From Octopus vulgaris (taxonomy: Eukaryota), in the NCBI GenBank assembly GCA_951406725.2, contig OX597836.1:23312001-23376000 (forward strand): a DNA stretch of 64,000 bases. Reading direction: 5' to 3'. Below the pieces are notes generated by a model. It was not told the origin of the DNA. It saw only the letters and a program-made list of their open reading frames with translations, and searched no databases. The position numbers were made by a program, and so were the translations under genes. Shown here in pieces: positions 36,511 through 49,632 of the stretch. Position 1 is the stretch's first letter. Every line of letters begins with the position of its first letter.

Positions 36511-38304
36511 TCCTTATTTAGGAGATGCTACAACTAGTAGAGTGTGCTATTTGCTTATGTCTGTCTGTTTGTCTCTTTTCTACCAATCACACCATTGTTA
36601 ACATTTTGCTTATCTTTCTGGTCGTCTAAAAGTTCGTACGTAACTTGAAATCCTCCTGTTGTTGTTGTTTTCTTCTTCTTCTTCTTCTTCTTCTTCTTCT
36701 TCTTCTTCTTCTTCTTCTTCTTCTTCTTCTTTTCTTTTTCTTTTCTTTTCTTTTCTTTTCTTTCTTTTTCTTCTTCTTCTTCTGTTGCTGTTGTTGTTGT
36801 TGTTTAACTGTGACAACCCTGTCTTAATTCCAGTCATATTGTGCATAGAATTACGTCATGTTATGTATCCTTCCCTCTTTTGTTGGGTCTCATTTGTGAG
36901 AGGTTCAGCTGCTATTTCAGGTAAGTCGAATGACTACGCAGATACTTCCTTGTTGCTCGTTATTGTTGTTGTCGTTGCTGGTAGCTGAGTCATTGTAGCT
37001 GCTGTCGGCTGTCTTTGTTGATGTCGGCCCTGACACCATTATTTCGCTGGAGTCTCTACTTTTTCTGTTCCACTCTAATTCTCTTTTCCTCTTTGTGCAT
37101 TACTCCCCACCGCTTCTCTTTCTCTCTATCTCTTCCCCTCCGCAATTTCTTCGCTGTAAGAGTTCTCTATATCTTGTTTGTAAAATCGATCGTGATTATT
37201 ACACAGTGGCGCAGGGTTACAAAAGTACAAACAAAAAACCACGACGTGAAGATAGTATTACTCAGATGGTGGGGGAGAGGTGTGGATGAGTACCGCGAGT
37301 CCCTACAGGTATAGTTACGGGGTGATTGTAGGCACCACAGAGGAAGAAGATTATATCAGGCTGATTATATCAGGAGTGGGACGCCAACACAGTGTGAGGT
37401 TGGGGAAGGAAATATTAATTCCTGACTGACCTGAGCTCTTTGTTTCTTCTTTGTTCCTGCCCACCCAATCAAAAATGGGAAGGAAACCTGAAATAATGTA
37501 ATTCTATATACTCTATGATTAAAAATAATGTAAAATAGTCGTGGCTGGACCGACCTGGGGCTAAACAGCAGCAACAACAACAGCAATACGAATCAACGAC
37601 GGAGCCTTTAAAAAGTCTCTGACCAGTGGAAAACGTAAAATGAACTTACTGGATCCCTATTCTGTACTAAAAATACAGCGATATGTTAAACCCCACCCTC
37701 ACCGAGTTTTGATAAGAAACCCTATTTCATAGGATTGATGTGGAACTAGTCAGCATCCCCCAGTTTCTAAACAGTATAGTCTATTAAATACTGTTTCAAA
37801 AATAATTTATGCAGGCACCCCCCACCCAACTGATTTTTTTTTTTTTGCTTTAGAAGATATTTTAACCGAACTCTTAAACTGGGTCCCAATGAGATTCTTG
37901 GACTTTACCAATCTTCTTTGTGAATCAGTTACTGAACAATGAAACCTTCGCCATTTGTATGTATTGTCTTGTTTCCTGGTTGGAATTGGAAGACCTTCAA
38001 GTTTAATAAACATGAGATTGCTCACAGAGTTGAATAACGGTAGAAACTTCATTTCTATCACAACAAGGCTAATAGTACTGGAGCCTTTGTGGTACTCAGA
38101 AGAACTGTATGCGATTACCTTTGAATATTTTATTAAAGGATTCGGGTCTGGTGGAATATGTTATCCACCGTTGCCTCTAGAAAGTCTCCATGGTTTCCTT
38201 TTACTTCTATCGTCGCTCAATTGCTCCACCCTATTCGTCATTTCGCAGTTTTCTATACTACATGTGCATATCGTGTGCGTGCGTATATATATATATATAT
38301 ATAT

Positions 38305-38366
38305 AACGAAGCGACTGAATTGCATCATATATATATATATATATGATGCAATTCAGTCGCTTCGTT
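38305..38366. repeat. Perfect palindrome centred on (AT)n
   Basis: AACGAAGCGACTGAATTGCATC-(AT)9-GATGCAATTCAGTCGCTTCGTT. Confidence 0.95.
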
Positions 38367-38818
38367 CAACACTCCGTTGACAAAAGTTGAAAGCTATATC
38401 AATAGCTGTCGCCTCTGAAACCCAATGGAGCTCCAAAAACAGAGACTTTAAAACCAGTTCATGAAAACTTTGAGACAGAGGTGGAACTTTTGCAGAGCAT
38501 GGCTGATTTTTTACAAACAAACTGTTGTAATAAAAGGTCATAAGGCAGGTTTTGAAAAATTTTAACTTTTTTTTTTTTATTCAAGAATAAAATTCATATT
38601 GACTGGGTCTTATCTAAAAGCAACTTGAAGGTCATAACAAACATTTATAATTCTGCTTGTGATGTAAAGGTCCGTCAACTTTGGTTTTTAAGCATTTTAG
38701 GATCATTCAGCATTGTTCATTAGAAGCTGGGCTAAAACTATGTAATGAACAACATATCCAAATGATAGTTATGTATTTCTATTAAGCAGCAACTTGTTTT
38801 ATTTGGTTGTCGCACTTG

Positions 38819-38885
<67 letters not shown>

Positions 38886-38887
<2 letters not shown>

Positions 38888-39088
38888 CGGGAAGCTTTAT
38901 GAAAATAAACAAAAGACGAAGGCAGGTGGAATACAAACAAACAATTGTATTAGTATGGCGCTCAGGGATATAAATAAAACAAGTCTTTTACGTTTCGAGC
39001 CTACGCTCTTCAACAGAAAGATACACAGAAAAGAAACACAGAAAGAAACAAGGAGAGAAAAAAAATGCGTGCAGAGGCTAGCGAATCA
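38886..39088 (-). mobile_element. Family H1 HHR-bearing element (HHR 38984-39021, CUGUUGA core)
   Basis: Minus strand: TCTTT | CTGTTGA | A | GAGC-GTAG-GCTC | GAAA | CGTA | AAAGA. TA flanks. Confidence 0.8.
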
Positions 39089-40045
39089 ACATATATATAT
39101 GTGTATGTGTGTGTGTACATATATGTGTGAAACTACCATCAATGCATCAAGGTTCACAGCATGCATTCCGGACAAACTGAGATTATGATTATTGCTGTTT
39201 GCTAAAATAATTTTGCAGTTTTTTCATTAAGCCTCTGCTGTGCATTATTTTTATAAGCAGCCATAACTGTACAAGTATAATTCTGAAAACACTTTTCGTT
39301 ATACAACAATCTCGTTTCCCTTCCTTCTTGCTTTCTCTTCATATCATTTCTTCAGATACCCTGATGCTCTAATTTGGTGAGTCATTTTTAATAAACGGGG
39401 ACACATGTACTACTATCAGCCCAGGGTAACCTGAGCAAACAACAGCAATTGTAATGTTTTCGAACACGAATTCTGATACAAAATTTGTCCAAGATCTCAC
39501 CGTCACCCGATACCAGACGCCAGGCAGATGTGTAACTTGAACCTTGCTACCTCAATGACCCCAAAACAGTTCAATGATTTCAGAAACTGAGACAAATCGG
39601 AAAGAAATAAACTCTTTTCCTCTTTCGTTGATTTTTAAGAATTTTTTTATTTTATTCTTCCTCCTCTTCGTCTTTCCCTTTTTTTTTGGTCACCATTGTT
39701 GTTGTTGACAAGGGAAGACACTGGAATGGAGACGAAATATTTGGAAACTGGAAAACAAAACGAAGAAATAAGTTGTAAAGAAGGAAAACTATTGTAAAAG
39801 AAGTAAATAAAATGGAAGATAAAAATCAGAGTTATCTTCTGTAGGATTTGAAATCAGAATGTAAAGTTGTGTTTCATTATTGATTTCTAACATAGGTCAA
39901 AGGTCACATATTTTGGGTGTGTTATAAGGATAAAGCGCCACGACCGGCCCCCCTTTTTTTTTTACCAACAACAGAAGAATAGAGCGAAAAGTTGGCCTTC
40001 ACAGGATTTGATCTCAGAATGTAGTGCTAATAAAAATAGAGATCC

Positions 40046-40126
<81 letters not shown>

Positions 40127-40954
40127 TGTGTTGATCCTCGTTTCATTGAAGTATATTAACTAAGAATATTCGTGTTAGGTCAACAAACCGTGTTTAGCTC
40201 AGTAAAATTAGATATACAGAGGTGAGTCAATTCAGGGAGGATGTTTCTATGCAATTGTTCAAACTACAAATAATAGCATCCACATCTAATTCACATTCCA
40301 GTCAATTATCTTGAAGGAAAAACAAGTCACGTGGTTCTAGGTTCAAGCTTGGAACGCCTCTCGTCCTAAGTCTGCTAAAACAGGCCTGACTTGGCGCTCG
40401 CTAAACTATAAACAAAACGATACATCTTTCTCGCTAAGTTAAAATCTACAAACAGCAATTCAGAATATTTTTATAGACCAGAATATAGAGGAGAATTACA
40501 ATAACGTGTTTATATATAATAGATAGATGGGAAAATAATCCCCACTGGATATGTTGCCTCTGTTTATTTAAGCTCATCCTGAAGATGAGCCAAGGAAAGT
40601 TTAAAAACGTTGATGGTGGATTTGGAAACTTTGTTGTTCCAAACGTACCACAAGGAACTCACACAGAAATTTAAAAAGAAAAACATTTAATAAAACATTA
40701 AACCAGAAACCAGGCGTGTTTTCAATGCAAGATATCTAACAGAGAAGCTGTTTCACAGATACGTACACATAGTATGTATGTATGTATGTATGTATGTATG
40801 TATGTATGTATGTATGTATGTATGTATGTATGTATGTATGTATGTATGTATGTATGTATGAATGAGGTTGTTATATAACAAACAACCTTCTAAATATTTC
40901 TACTCTAATGTTTTAGTGTGCTTCCTTTTCGGATATATGAACTACGGACCGATG

Positions 40955-40964
40955 TATATATATA

Positions 40965-41005
<41 letters not shown>

Positions 41006-41020
41006 CACAAACACTTATAC

Positions 41021-41065
<45 letters not shown>

Positions 41066-41071
41066 GATACA

Positions 41072-41109
<38 letters not shown>

Positions 41110-41115
41110 GATACA

Positions 41116-41159
<44 letters not shown>

Positions 41160-41165
41160 GATACA

Positions 41166-41209
<44 letters not shown>

Positions 41210-41320
41210 TACATATATATATATATATATATACATATAGATACATGCATATATATATATATATACATACATACATAGATACATGCATATATACACCTAC
41301 ACACACACACACATATATAT
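40955..41320. repeat. (TA)n-based minisatellite with a recurring CATATAGATACATGC unit
   Basis: The unit occurs 4-5 times, separated by variable-length TA runs. Confidence 0.9.
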
Positions 41321-41892
41321 ATAAACACTGATCTGTATTTATTTGGCGAGTGCATAATTTGAGAATGTGTATTGAAACTGAAGCAGTTACACCCAGGAAG
41401 AGTAATTTTAGTCAAAGGAAACACAAAACCCGGTTCTATTTATTTTCCCTTCATTTCTTGTTCCGTCAAGCGTTTTGGTTGCACTTCTGCGTCCTCGTGT
41501 CGTGTCCTACATAACCCCACACAGCATGACAACGTTTTTGGCATAATAGGGTTTAGGCGAAAAGTGAATATAATATAACTTTCCCGATTTCTTAAATAGT
41601 GAAGATGATTCCCCCACCCCTCAGATGTTATTATTGTGTTTCCAAATGTAAGTTCCTTCACCCACCCTTGTTTTTCTTTTTATATCTAAATGGGTTTTTA
41701 ACTCGATATTTACATGATATTATTTATTACTTAGTCTACTTCGAGTTCGACCGTTAAAAACGAATTATCTCATGCCTCTCGAAGTTTCTAAATAATTATG
41801 ACGTAAACTATATGTGAGTATGTATATGAATGTGAGTGTGTATGTATGTATGTATTTATATGTATGTATCGATACTTATGCATGTATTTATA

Positions 41893-41980
<88 letters not shown>

Positions 41981-42063
41981 TGTGTGTGTGCGTGTATGTT
42001 TACGTATATGTATATATATATGTTTGTTGTGTATAGGCATATACGTGTATGTATGTATGTATG

Positions 42064-42140
<77 letters not shown>

Positions 42141-42984
42141 AAGAGAGAAATTGAGCGAGTTAGCTAAGTCTGTTAGACACTTAATCCACCATTCTTTTAG
42201 TATTAGTCTACAAGTCAGAAATCGCAGTGAAGTGAAATATCTCAACCTTGAAATCGAACCCGTGTTCCAAGAATTTACTTGCTGAAAATTCGCCACTAAA
42301 CTGCAGCGCCCTCTTTACAAGTCTGCACTCGGGATGGGGAAGGGAGAGAACCATCTGTCGCTATGAAATGTTAACCAAACACTTTGAACGGGTCTCCATG
42401 CGGGAAAGAAACAACAAGTTGAATTTCATCAGCGAACTTTATTTTTAAACCTCGCGTTTGAAGAACAACTGTGTCTATGTGTGCGTATGTGTATATGTGT
42501 ACGAGGAGCTGTTCCTCCTTTTCTTTCTTCTCCTCTATCGCACACTGCTTCTCCTCTGACCTCACCTTCATATGAAACCGCTGCCGCCGCTGCTTGCGGT
42601 ATGTTCTTTAGCCGTTGTTATTTTTGTTACTATGGTTGTAGTTGTTGCTGGTGGTATGAGAATTGCAGAGGTTTTCCAGTTTGTTGGTGTTGCGGTTGTT
42701 CTTAAACTTGTTAGTACAATAAATATTTTGGTCGTTGTTGTTGTACCTGCTGTTGATGGTTTTCCTCCTTTGTATAAATCGAATATTTTACACACACACA
42801 CTCGCACACGCACACACACACATCCATTCATGCATGATTATTCGGGGCTGTGTTGAGTAAGTTTAAATTTACGAGACTTTGATGCCAGACGTGCTGAAGG
42901 TCGCTGAATTACAAGAAACCCATTCGGTCTTTCATTCACTCATAATATTTGAGATTACGAAACTATATAAAAAATACATCCGAT

Positions 42985-43258
42985 TAGGTGGATAAGCGTG
43001 TTTCACTCACGACCCCCAGACCGGCTGCGTGTTGTATTCTTGAGCCAGACACTTCGTTTCACGTTGCTCCAGTTCACTCACCTGCAAAGGGGCAACCCTG
43101 AGCCGGACCAGCCCTTCTGATCAGGGCTAATGTTGGTCTGTTCGCCTAGCCAGCGGGGTGGCATCATTCGCGAGCTAAAACGATACAAAGCGCATTGTGA
43201 CCAGCGATGTATAACGGCATCTGATAGTCTGATCGATCACGTGATCATGTGATCACGA
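42985..43258 (+). mobile_element. Putative SINE family D (CORE/V-like central block)
   Basis: Degenerate tRNA head, then GTTGTATTCTTGAGCCAGACACTTCGTTTCACGTTGCTCCAGTTCACTCA and a (GTGATCAY)n tail. Single copy in the window. Confidence 0.55.
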
Positions 43259-43329
43259 TACTATCTATGACAAAGAAAGCGTAATCAGAGCACATAACAC
43301 TGGGAAAGAACATTTATGGGCCTCAGGAC

Positions 43330-43470
43330 TTTTAAGAGGCAATAATCTAAAACCAAATTGTGTTTGCTGTATCAATAATCATATCGATATTTGGGCTTAT
43401 CGATTGGAAGCTAGACGAGATCCAGACTTCTGACGTGAAAACCTTAATATCAACCCACATTAGGCCAGAA
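43330..43470 (+). mobile_element. Dong/R4-like LINE RT-thumb fragment
   Basis: AVSIIISIFGLIDWKLDEIQTSDVKT resembles the R4/Dong motif AVS...Y.FG.IDW...E+...D.KTRK. Confidence 0.5.
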
Positions 43471-44756
43471 ACGTCCACATCAACAATGATACAGACCATC
43501 AACTGGAGACAAAATAGCACCGATTCAGTTTTTGAATGTTCTGTCATATTCCTTCGACATCTACAAATCACGAAATGTTAAAGTCCAATAATGCATTAAT
43601 TCTAAATAAATGAGGCCGAAAGATCAAGAGAATTGGAAAACACCTCCTCGGAAAGTATTCTTTGGATGGTGGCCAGGGATAAAGATGCATAGAAGTTGCA
43701 CAACTCTTCTATAACCGGTCATGCATCAGTAGAAAGCCATGCGTGGTTATATTTGTAGAATACTTCGAAGTGACAGACATAACTAAATTGGGGGACCGAC
43801 AACTGGCGTATTAGCTTTCACTTTCACATTAGGTCTTACTTTGAAGAATATGTTTTTGCAAAAAAGAAATAAGAAATAATAAGAAAAAGCCTGATGCACA
43901 AAAGGGTTAAAGCCCCAGAGTTATGATAACCGATGTAGATTCCACAGAGTTAACTCGGAATATTTCATTCACGTTATAAAACCCTAAAACCCGAAAACCC
44001 TTTTCTGTTGCGTCCTGGCCAGTGCTTTTCAGTGTCATACTGAATCTGCCTGGGGATTAGGCTTAAGGTACATATGTCTGTGGTATACCCGAGTATTAAT
44101 ACGGTAATTCAATGAATTATTAGTTCACTTGATTGAACGACAGAATACTCATCGCCGAAACCGACGGAGATCCATTTACTATTTAAGTGTGTGTATATGT
44201 GAGCTACTACAACGTTTGGGTGTCACTTTAAGTACATTATCGCCATCTGTCAAATTGCTGCAGTTTGTGAGTGTGTGTAATCGTGAGAGTATGGTTTTGT
44301 GAATGTCTGTGTGCATGTGTGTATATATTTATGTTTACTTGTACATTCTACTGCAAGTTTTTCCATTAACTTCTTGTTTTCTCACAGAACAACCCCGTCG
44401 CCTGTTTAAATGCTTCTCTCAAACAGTCTCACTCCAAAATAGATGTACAGTCCATTTACAAGACGTAATAACAAGCTTTTCGAAGTAACTTGAAATGGAA
44501 TAACGACCTATGTGGTGTGTCGTAATTCATCTCTCAACTATTTTAGGCGACCAGACATTATTACAAATGCTTTGGATCCTTTTCATTGGTGAAACTATTT
44601 GCAATCAACATAAGCTGCAACATTCGTCGATTCTTGTTGTCTCATGGGTTTAGAATCGGACCGTCAGATTAAATAACATCAGATTATCTGGAAAAATTAT
44701 TTTACAAACAAAGCTTACACCAATTCAAAATTAAAACCAAAACAAAACATTAATTA

Positions 44757-45137
44757 GGCGCAGGAATGGCTGTGTGGTTAAGAAGCTTGCTTTCCAACCA
44801 CATGGTTCTGGGTTCAGTCCCTCTGCGTGGCACCTGGGGTAAGCGTCTTCTATAGCTTCTGGCCGACCAGAACCTTGCGAGTGGATTTGGTAGACAGAAA
44901 CTGAAAGAAGCCTGTCGTATATATATATATATATATATATATAGGGAGAGTTTACGAAAAAAACAAAAGACGAAGACAGGTGGTGTACAAAACAAACAGA
45001 TGTATTAGTATAACGCCCAGGAATAGAAAAAGTCTTTTACGTTTCGAACCTACGCTCTTCTACAGAAAGGTACACAGAAAAAACAAGGAGAGAAAAAAAT
45101 GTGTGTAGTGGCTTACGATCTATCATGGCAATCTATC

Positions 45138-45180
<43 letters not shown>

Positions 45181-45330
45181 TGGGTATGTCTGTGTTTGTC
45201 CCCCACTACCGATTGAATAAGTAGAAGGCTTCAAAAATAAGTACCGGTGTCGATTTGTTCGGCTAAAACCTTTCAGGGCGGTGCTCCAGTATGACCGCAG
45301 TCAAAATGACTGAAACAAACTAAAAGATAA
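44757..45330 (+). mobile_element. SINE family A carrying an H1 insertion in its internal TA tract
   Basis: Head at 44757, tail at ~45330, H1 at 44944-45130. Confidence 0.88.
44944..45130 (-). mobile_element. Family H1 HHR-bearing element (HHR 45033-45070, CUGUAGA core)
   Basis: Minus strand: CTTT | CTGTAGA | A | GAGC-GTAG-GTTC | GAAA | CGTA | AAAG. Confidence 0.8.
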
Positions 45331-45821
45331 CGTAGTTGATAGATCGATCAACTTTCAATACATTCTTAATTGTTCGGATTAAGAAATCATTAAAAAATAA
45401 TTCGGATTTGTTTCATAGTTAATTACTCAGTACAAACGAATTCCTTCAAAAGGACATCAGCGTGTGTTTTTGAAACGCACGAAATACTTCCAACTGATTT
45501 GATTAAATTTATAGGTCTTCTGTTTACGAAGTAAATTATCAGCTCTCAGCCGAAACGGAAGTGTGTTGGTGCCTGCTATTTTAAGTTTTAATAAATCGCT
45601 TTTCGAAAATAAACTCATTATAAAAAGAAAGGTTCATTAGGGTATCATTGAAGACGTCGCCTTTATGTAGTTTAATGATACAGTAGTTTCCCTGTCGCCT
45701 TTGGCGGGATTTCAGTTCAACACAGAAATACAGTTTAATGAACAGTTAACCAATAGTACTGCACTTATTCTCCGCTATTGTACAATACAGAGGACTGGGT
45801 TTTCACAGCAGCAACTATCTA

Positions 45822-46038
45822 TTACTCTTTACTCTTTTACTTGTTTCACTCATTTGGCTGCGGCCATGCTGGAGCACCGCCTTTAGTCGAGCAAATCGAC
45901 CCCGGGACTTATTCTTTGTAAGCCCAGTACTTTTTCTATCGGTCTCTTTTGCCGAACCGCCAAGTGACCGGGACGTAAACACACCAGCATCGGTTGTCAA
46001 GCAATGCTAGGGGGACAAACACACACACACAAACATAT

Positions 46039-46099
<61 letters not shown>

Positions 46100-46263
46100 T
46101 ACGACAGGCTTCTTTCAGTTTCCGTCTACCAAATCCACTACAAGGCATTGGTCGGCCCGGGGCTATAGCAGAAGACACTTGCCCAAGATGCCACGCAGTG
46201 GGACTGAACCCGGAACCATGTGGTTGGTAAGCAAGCTACTTATCACACAGCCACTCCTGCGCC
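45822..46263 (-). mobile_element. SINE family A, full length
   Basis: Close match to 6418-6870. Confidence 0.92.
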
Positions 46264-46374
46264 TCTATGGCTATTACTACAACAACGACAGCAGCAGCAG
46301 GGTTGTAGGAAGTAAAGTATCTTGGTCAGGAACAAAATACAATGGTTGTATAAAGGGTACACGTGCATGCAGTA

Positions 46375-46945
46375 TTGGCCGACTAGTTAAGACGTTAGCT
46401 TCGCAAATACTACATCTCCAGTTCGATCCCACTCAGTAGCATCTTGGGTAGATGTCATTTTCTATAACCTCGGAACTCAGTTTTCTATAAACTGAGACGG
46501 AATCTGTATATAAGCCCATCGTGTGGATTGTAGATTGGAATTCGAAAGGTACAGTCTTATCACATACTGTGTCATGCTAATTTTGCCCGAGACGTACGCC
46601 TGTAGAGTACTCAGCCATTTGTACGTTAATTCTGGCGTTGGTTATTCAGTTGATCGAACAACTAAATACTCATCGTCAAATGACAGACATGCAAGTGTCT
46701 TCTACCAAAGCCGTGGGAGTGGATTAGACGGAAACTAAAAGAAGCCCGTCGTATATATATCTTTGTGTGTCTCTGTTTATCCCTCCACTACCCATCGGTT
46801 GACATCCTCGTAACATAGCGGTTCAGCCAAAGAACCCGATAGAATAAATACCAGGCTTTAAAAATAAGTACTGGGGTCAATTCATTCGATTAAAGTTTCT
46901 CCCGGTGGTGCCCCAGTATGGTCGCAGGCTAATGACTGAAGCAAC
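46375..46945 (+). mobile_element. Old composite of SINE A pieces and a SINE C 3' fragment
   Basis: A-like 46375-46520, C-like 46550-46690, A-like 46690-46945. Confidence 0.65.
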
Positions 46946-47364
46946 GTGCAAAATGGCTGGGTATAACTGAGACACGCGTAACGCTAATATAATTCTCAGA
47001 CAGAATCTGTGTGCAACAAGTGTGACAAGACTGTACCTTTTGAATTATATGTACCGTTCATTGGAGGTACATATAATTCATATCGACTCCCAAAACTTAG
47101 CCTTAGTGAATGCCATGGTAAATGAAGTTGCACAGGGTGGGTTTGATCCCGGGATCTCTTGGTAACAAAGTGAATTCTTTAACTGCGCAGTTATGCGTTC
47201 GCCCACGTAAACAGGTGCATGTAAACGCACGTATATGTATATGTATGTATATATATATATACACACACACACATGCCTATTACACACACACGTAAGTATA
47301 TATATATACATTTGTATGTATATATATACATGTATATATATATGTATGTATGTATGTATATATA

Positions 47365-47427
<63 letters not shown>

Positions 47428-47889
47428 GTACATGCATGTGAACGTCTACAAATGTATCTGTGAGTGACCCATATTTCGAATATTTGTATACATATGTATG
47501 TTCATACATGCATACGTACATACGTACATAGACACTCATACACACACATATATAATTCATTATATTACTGGTACTAACTTTAATCTTCTTGATGTGTAAT
47601 GAAAAGTTCTTCCTCACCGGAAATATTCCAAGAAAATATATACGTGCCACACTCAGTAACTTCAGACAACCAGTAGATTTAAGTATGCCTGCTTGTGCTT
47701 CTCTGTATGTGTATGTGTGCGTGTGTGTGCATGTTTGCGTGTGCATAGTATGATATATAATATATGCATCCGTGTTTATAGATGCGTGTCTTGTGTAGGA
47801 GTGTACCGATGTTTTCGTACACACCCCCACACCTCATTTATGTATCACGGGTTTCATAACTAGAGCAGCGTCAAGATTCATAATATACA

Positions 47890-47933
<44 letters not shown>

Positions 47934-48054
47934 TATATACATACGTACATGTACAAACTGTATATTTAAACATAAATACTGTATAGGTTACGTACATACG
48001 TATGAACAGCTCCAAACTTATGCACAGCACATCCACACCAAAGCCATCATCATA

Positions 48055-48500
48055 AATGTTACACTGGATCACTCTGGCTTTCCTTCCCATCCGTACCACA
48101 AGTCAAACAACTCTTTCAACTATATACACATACACTCCATCTCTACTAGAAACACCATCAACTACCTTATACCCAGCATTTCCCATTGGGTTACCTATCC
48201 TTTTTGTCAATAGACAAGTTTTATTTATGGATTTAGCACTTTATTATAACGATAGACTTCTCAAAAGTATCTTCAAAATAAAATTTCCTGCTTATAACCC
48301 ACACCTGGACCGCAAAGACGCGGAAATAGTTATAGAAAAAGAAATGTTATTTGATTTACTTCGATACAGCGTTAATGCAACTGCATTAGGCGAAAGCTTT
48401 CCTATCTACTTATATTTTCGTCACAATATAAGTGCCACAAAATAGTTAAAATTTCATACTCTATCACTCCTAAATTGCAAAACTATTAAACTTTCTCTCA
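48055..48500 (+). pseudogene. Penelope-like element RT thumb/linker remnant
   Basis: Frameshifted peptides NVTLDHSGFPSHPYHKSNNSFNYIHIHS, INYLIPSIS, ALYYNDRL, YSVNATALGESF and VKISYSITP follow the PLE order DVTL.L....PY.KPN....YI...S.HP / YN.AL / PYS.NV.T.IG..F / VKISYS..PN. Confidence 0.7.
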
Positions 48501-48857
48501 TCAAATCCTGTAACTTTACTATCACTAACAACTGCCCACTAAACTGTTTTGCTAAGGTCTGTCTCTATATAACGAGTTTAATTCTGACGGATAGAGAGAT
48601 AGTGATTGTTCAGTGAGACGGATGGTCGGATTCAGATAGTCAGATGGACAGAGAGAGGGATAGTTATGAAAGTATAAGTCGCTTGATTAATTGACAGACA
48701 AACAAAAATATTGATAGATAGACTGTCAGATCAATAGTCAACTTGATGGACAGATAGATAAAGATAGTTTCATGCATCGTTATAGCTTTGTCTGTGTCAT
48801 ATACTATTTGTCTGCATTCATATGTACACACACACACACTCACACACATGTATATGT

Positions 48858-49087
48858 ATTTCTTTACTGCCCACAAGGGGCTAAACATAGAGGGGACAAA
48901 CAAGGACAGACAAAGGGAGTAAGTCAATTACATTGACCCCAGTGCGAAACTGGTACTTTATTTATCGACCCCGAAAGGATGAAAGGTAAAGTCGACCTCG
49001 GCGGAATTTGAACTCAGAACATAGCGACAGACGAAATACCGCTAAGCACTTCGCCCGGCGCGCTAACGTTTCTGCCAGCTCGCCGCC
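48858..49087 (-). mobile_element. SINE family B
   Basis: Full length, flanked on both sides by ACATGTATATGTA. Confidence 0.92.
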
Positions 49088-49449
49088 TTATACATGTATA
49101 TGTATATACGTACGTTTGTATATATGCGCATGCATGAATGTATGTACTCATGTATGTAAATGTGTGTGTTAACGCTTCTGGCTGGGTATAGTTGTATGTG
49201 TGCGTGTGTATATGTGCACTGGGTCAGTGCTTTTGTGTTTGTGCGATTCTGCTTTTGGATAACCTTAATGACATTTTATTCCCCGCCTACTTCCGGCCTA
49301 CAGTCTCCAGTATCACCGTCGCCATTATCATCTTGGCCGCCATCACCACAATCGTCACCAAAATTACTTCTGTCTCCCTCCACCGCAACCATTAACACCT
49401 TAAGGCCATCACACTATCACTACCATAATCGTAGCATTCATATACTTGT

Positions 49450-49632
49450 ACACCACCGCTACCCACCATCACCACCACCACCACCACCGCCACAACCACC
49501 GCCACCACCACCACCACCACCACCGCCGCCGCCGCCGCCGCCGCCACCACCACCGCCGCCGCCACCGCTACCACCACCGCCATCACCACCATAATCAATA
49601 TCATCGCTCTTATCTTCACCACCATCACTACC
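49450..49632. repeat. (CCA)/(CCG) trinucleotide tract
   Basis: Read directly. Confidence 0.9.

Noticed and set aside
38374-38410. CCGTTGA..GAAAGCTAT/ATAGCT hammerhead-like string
   Set aside because: No stem I or II, and G at the cleavage position.
42301-42318. CTCF-like GCAGCGCCCTCT
   Set aside because: Only half of the motif matches; not supportable without data.
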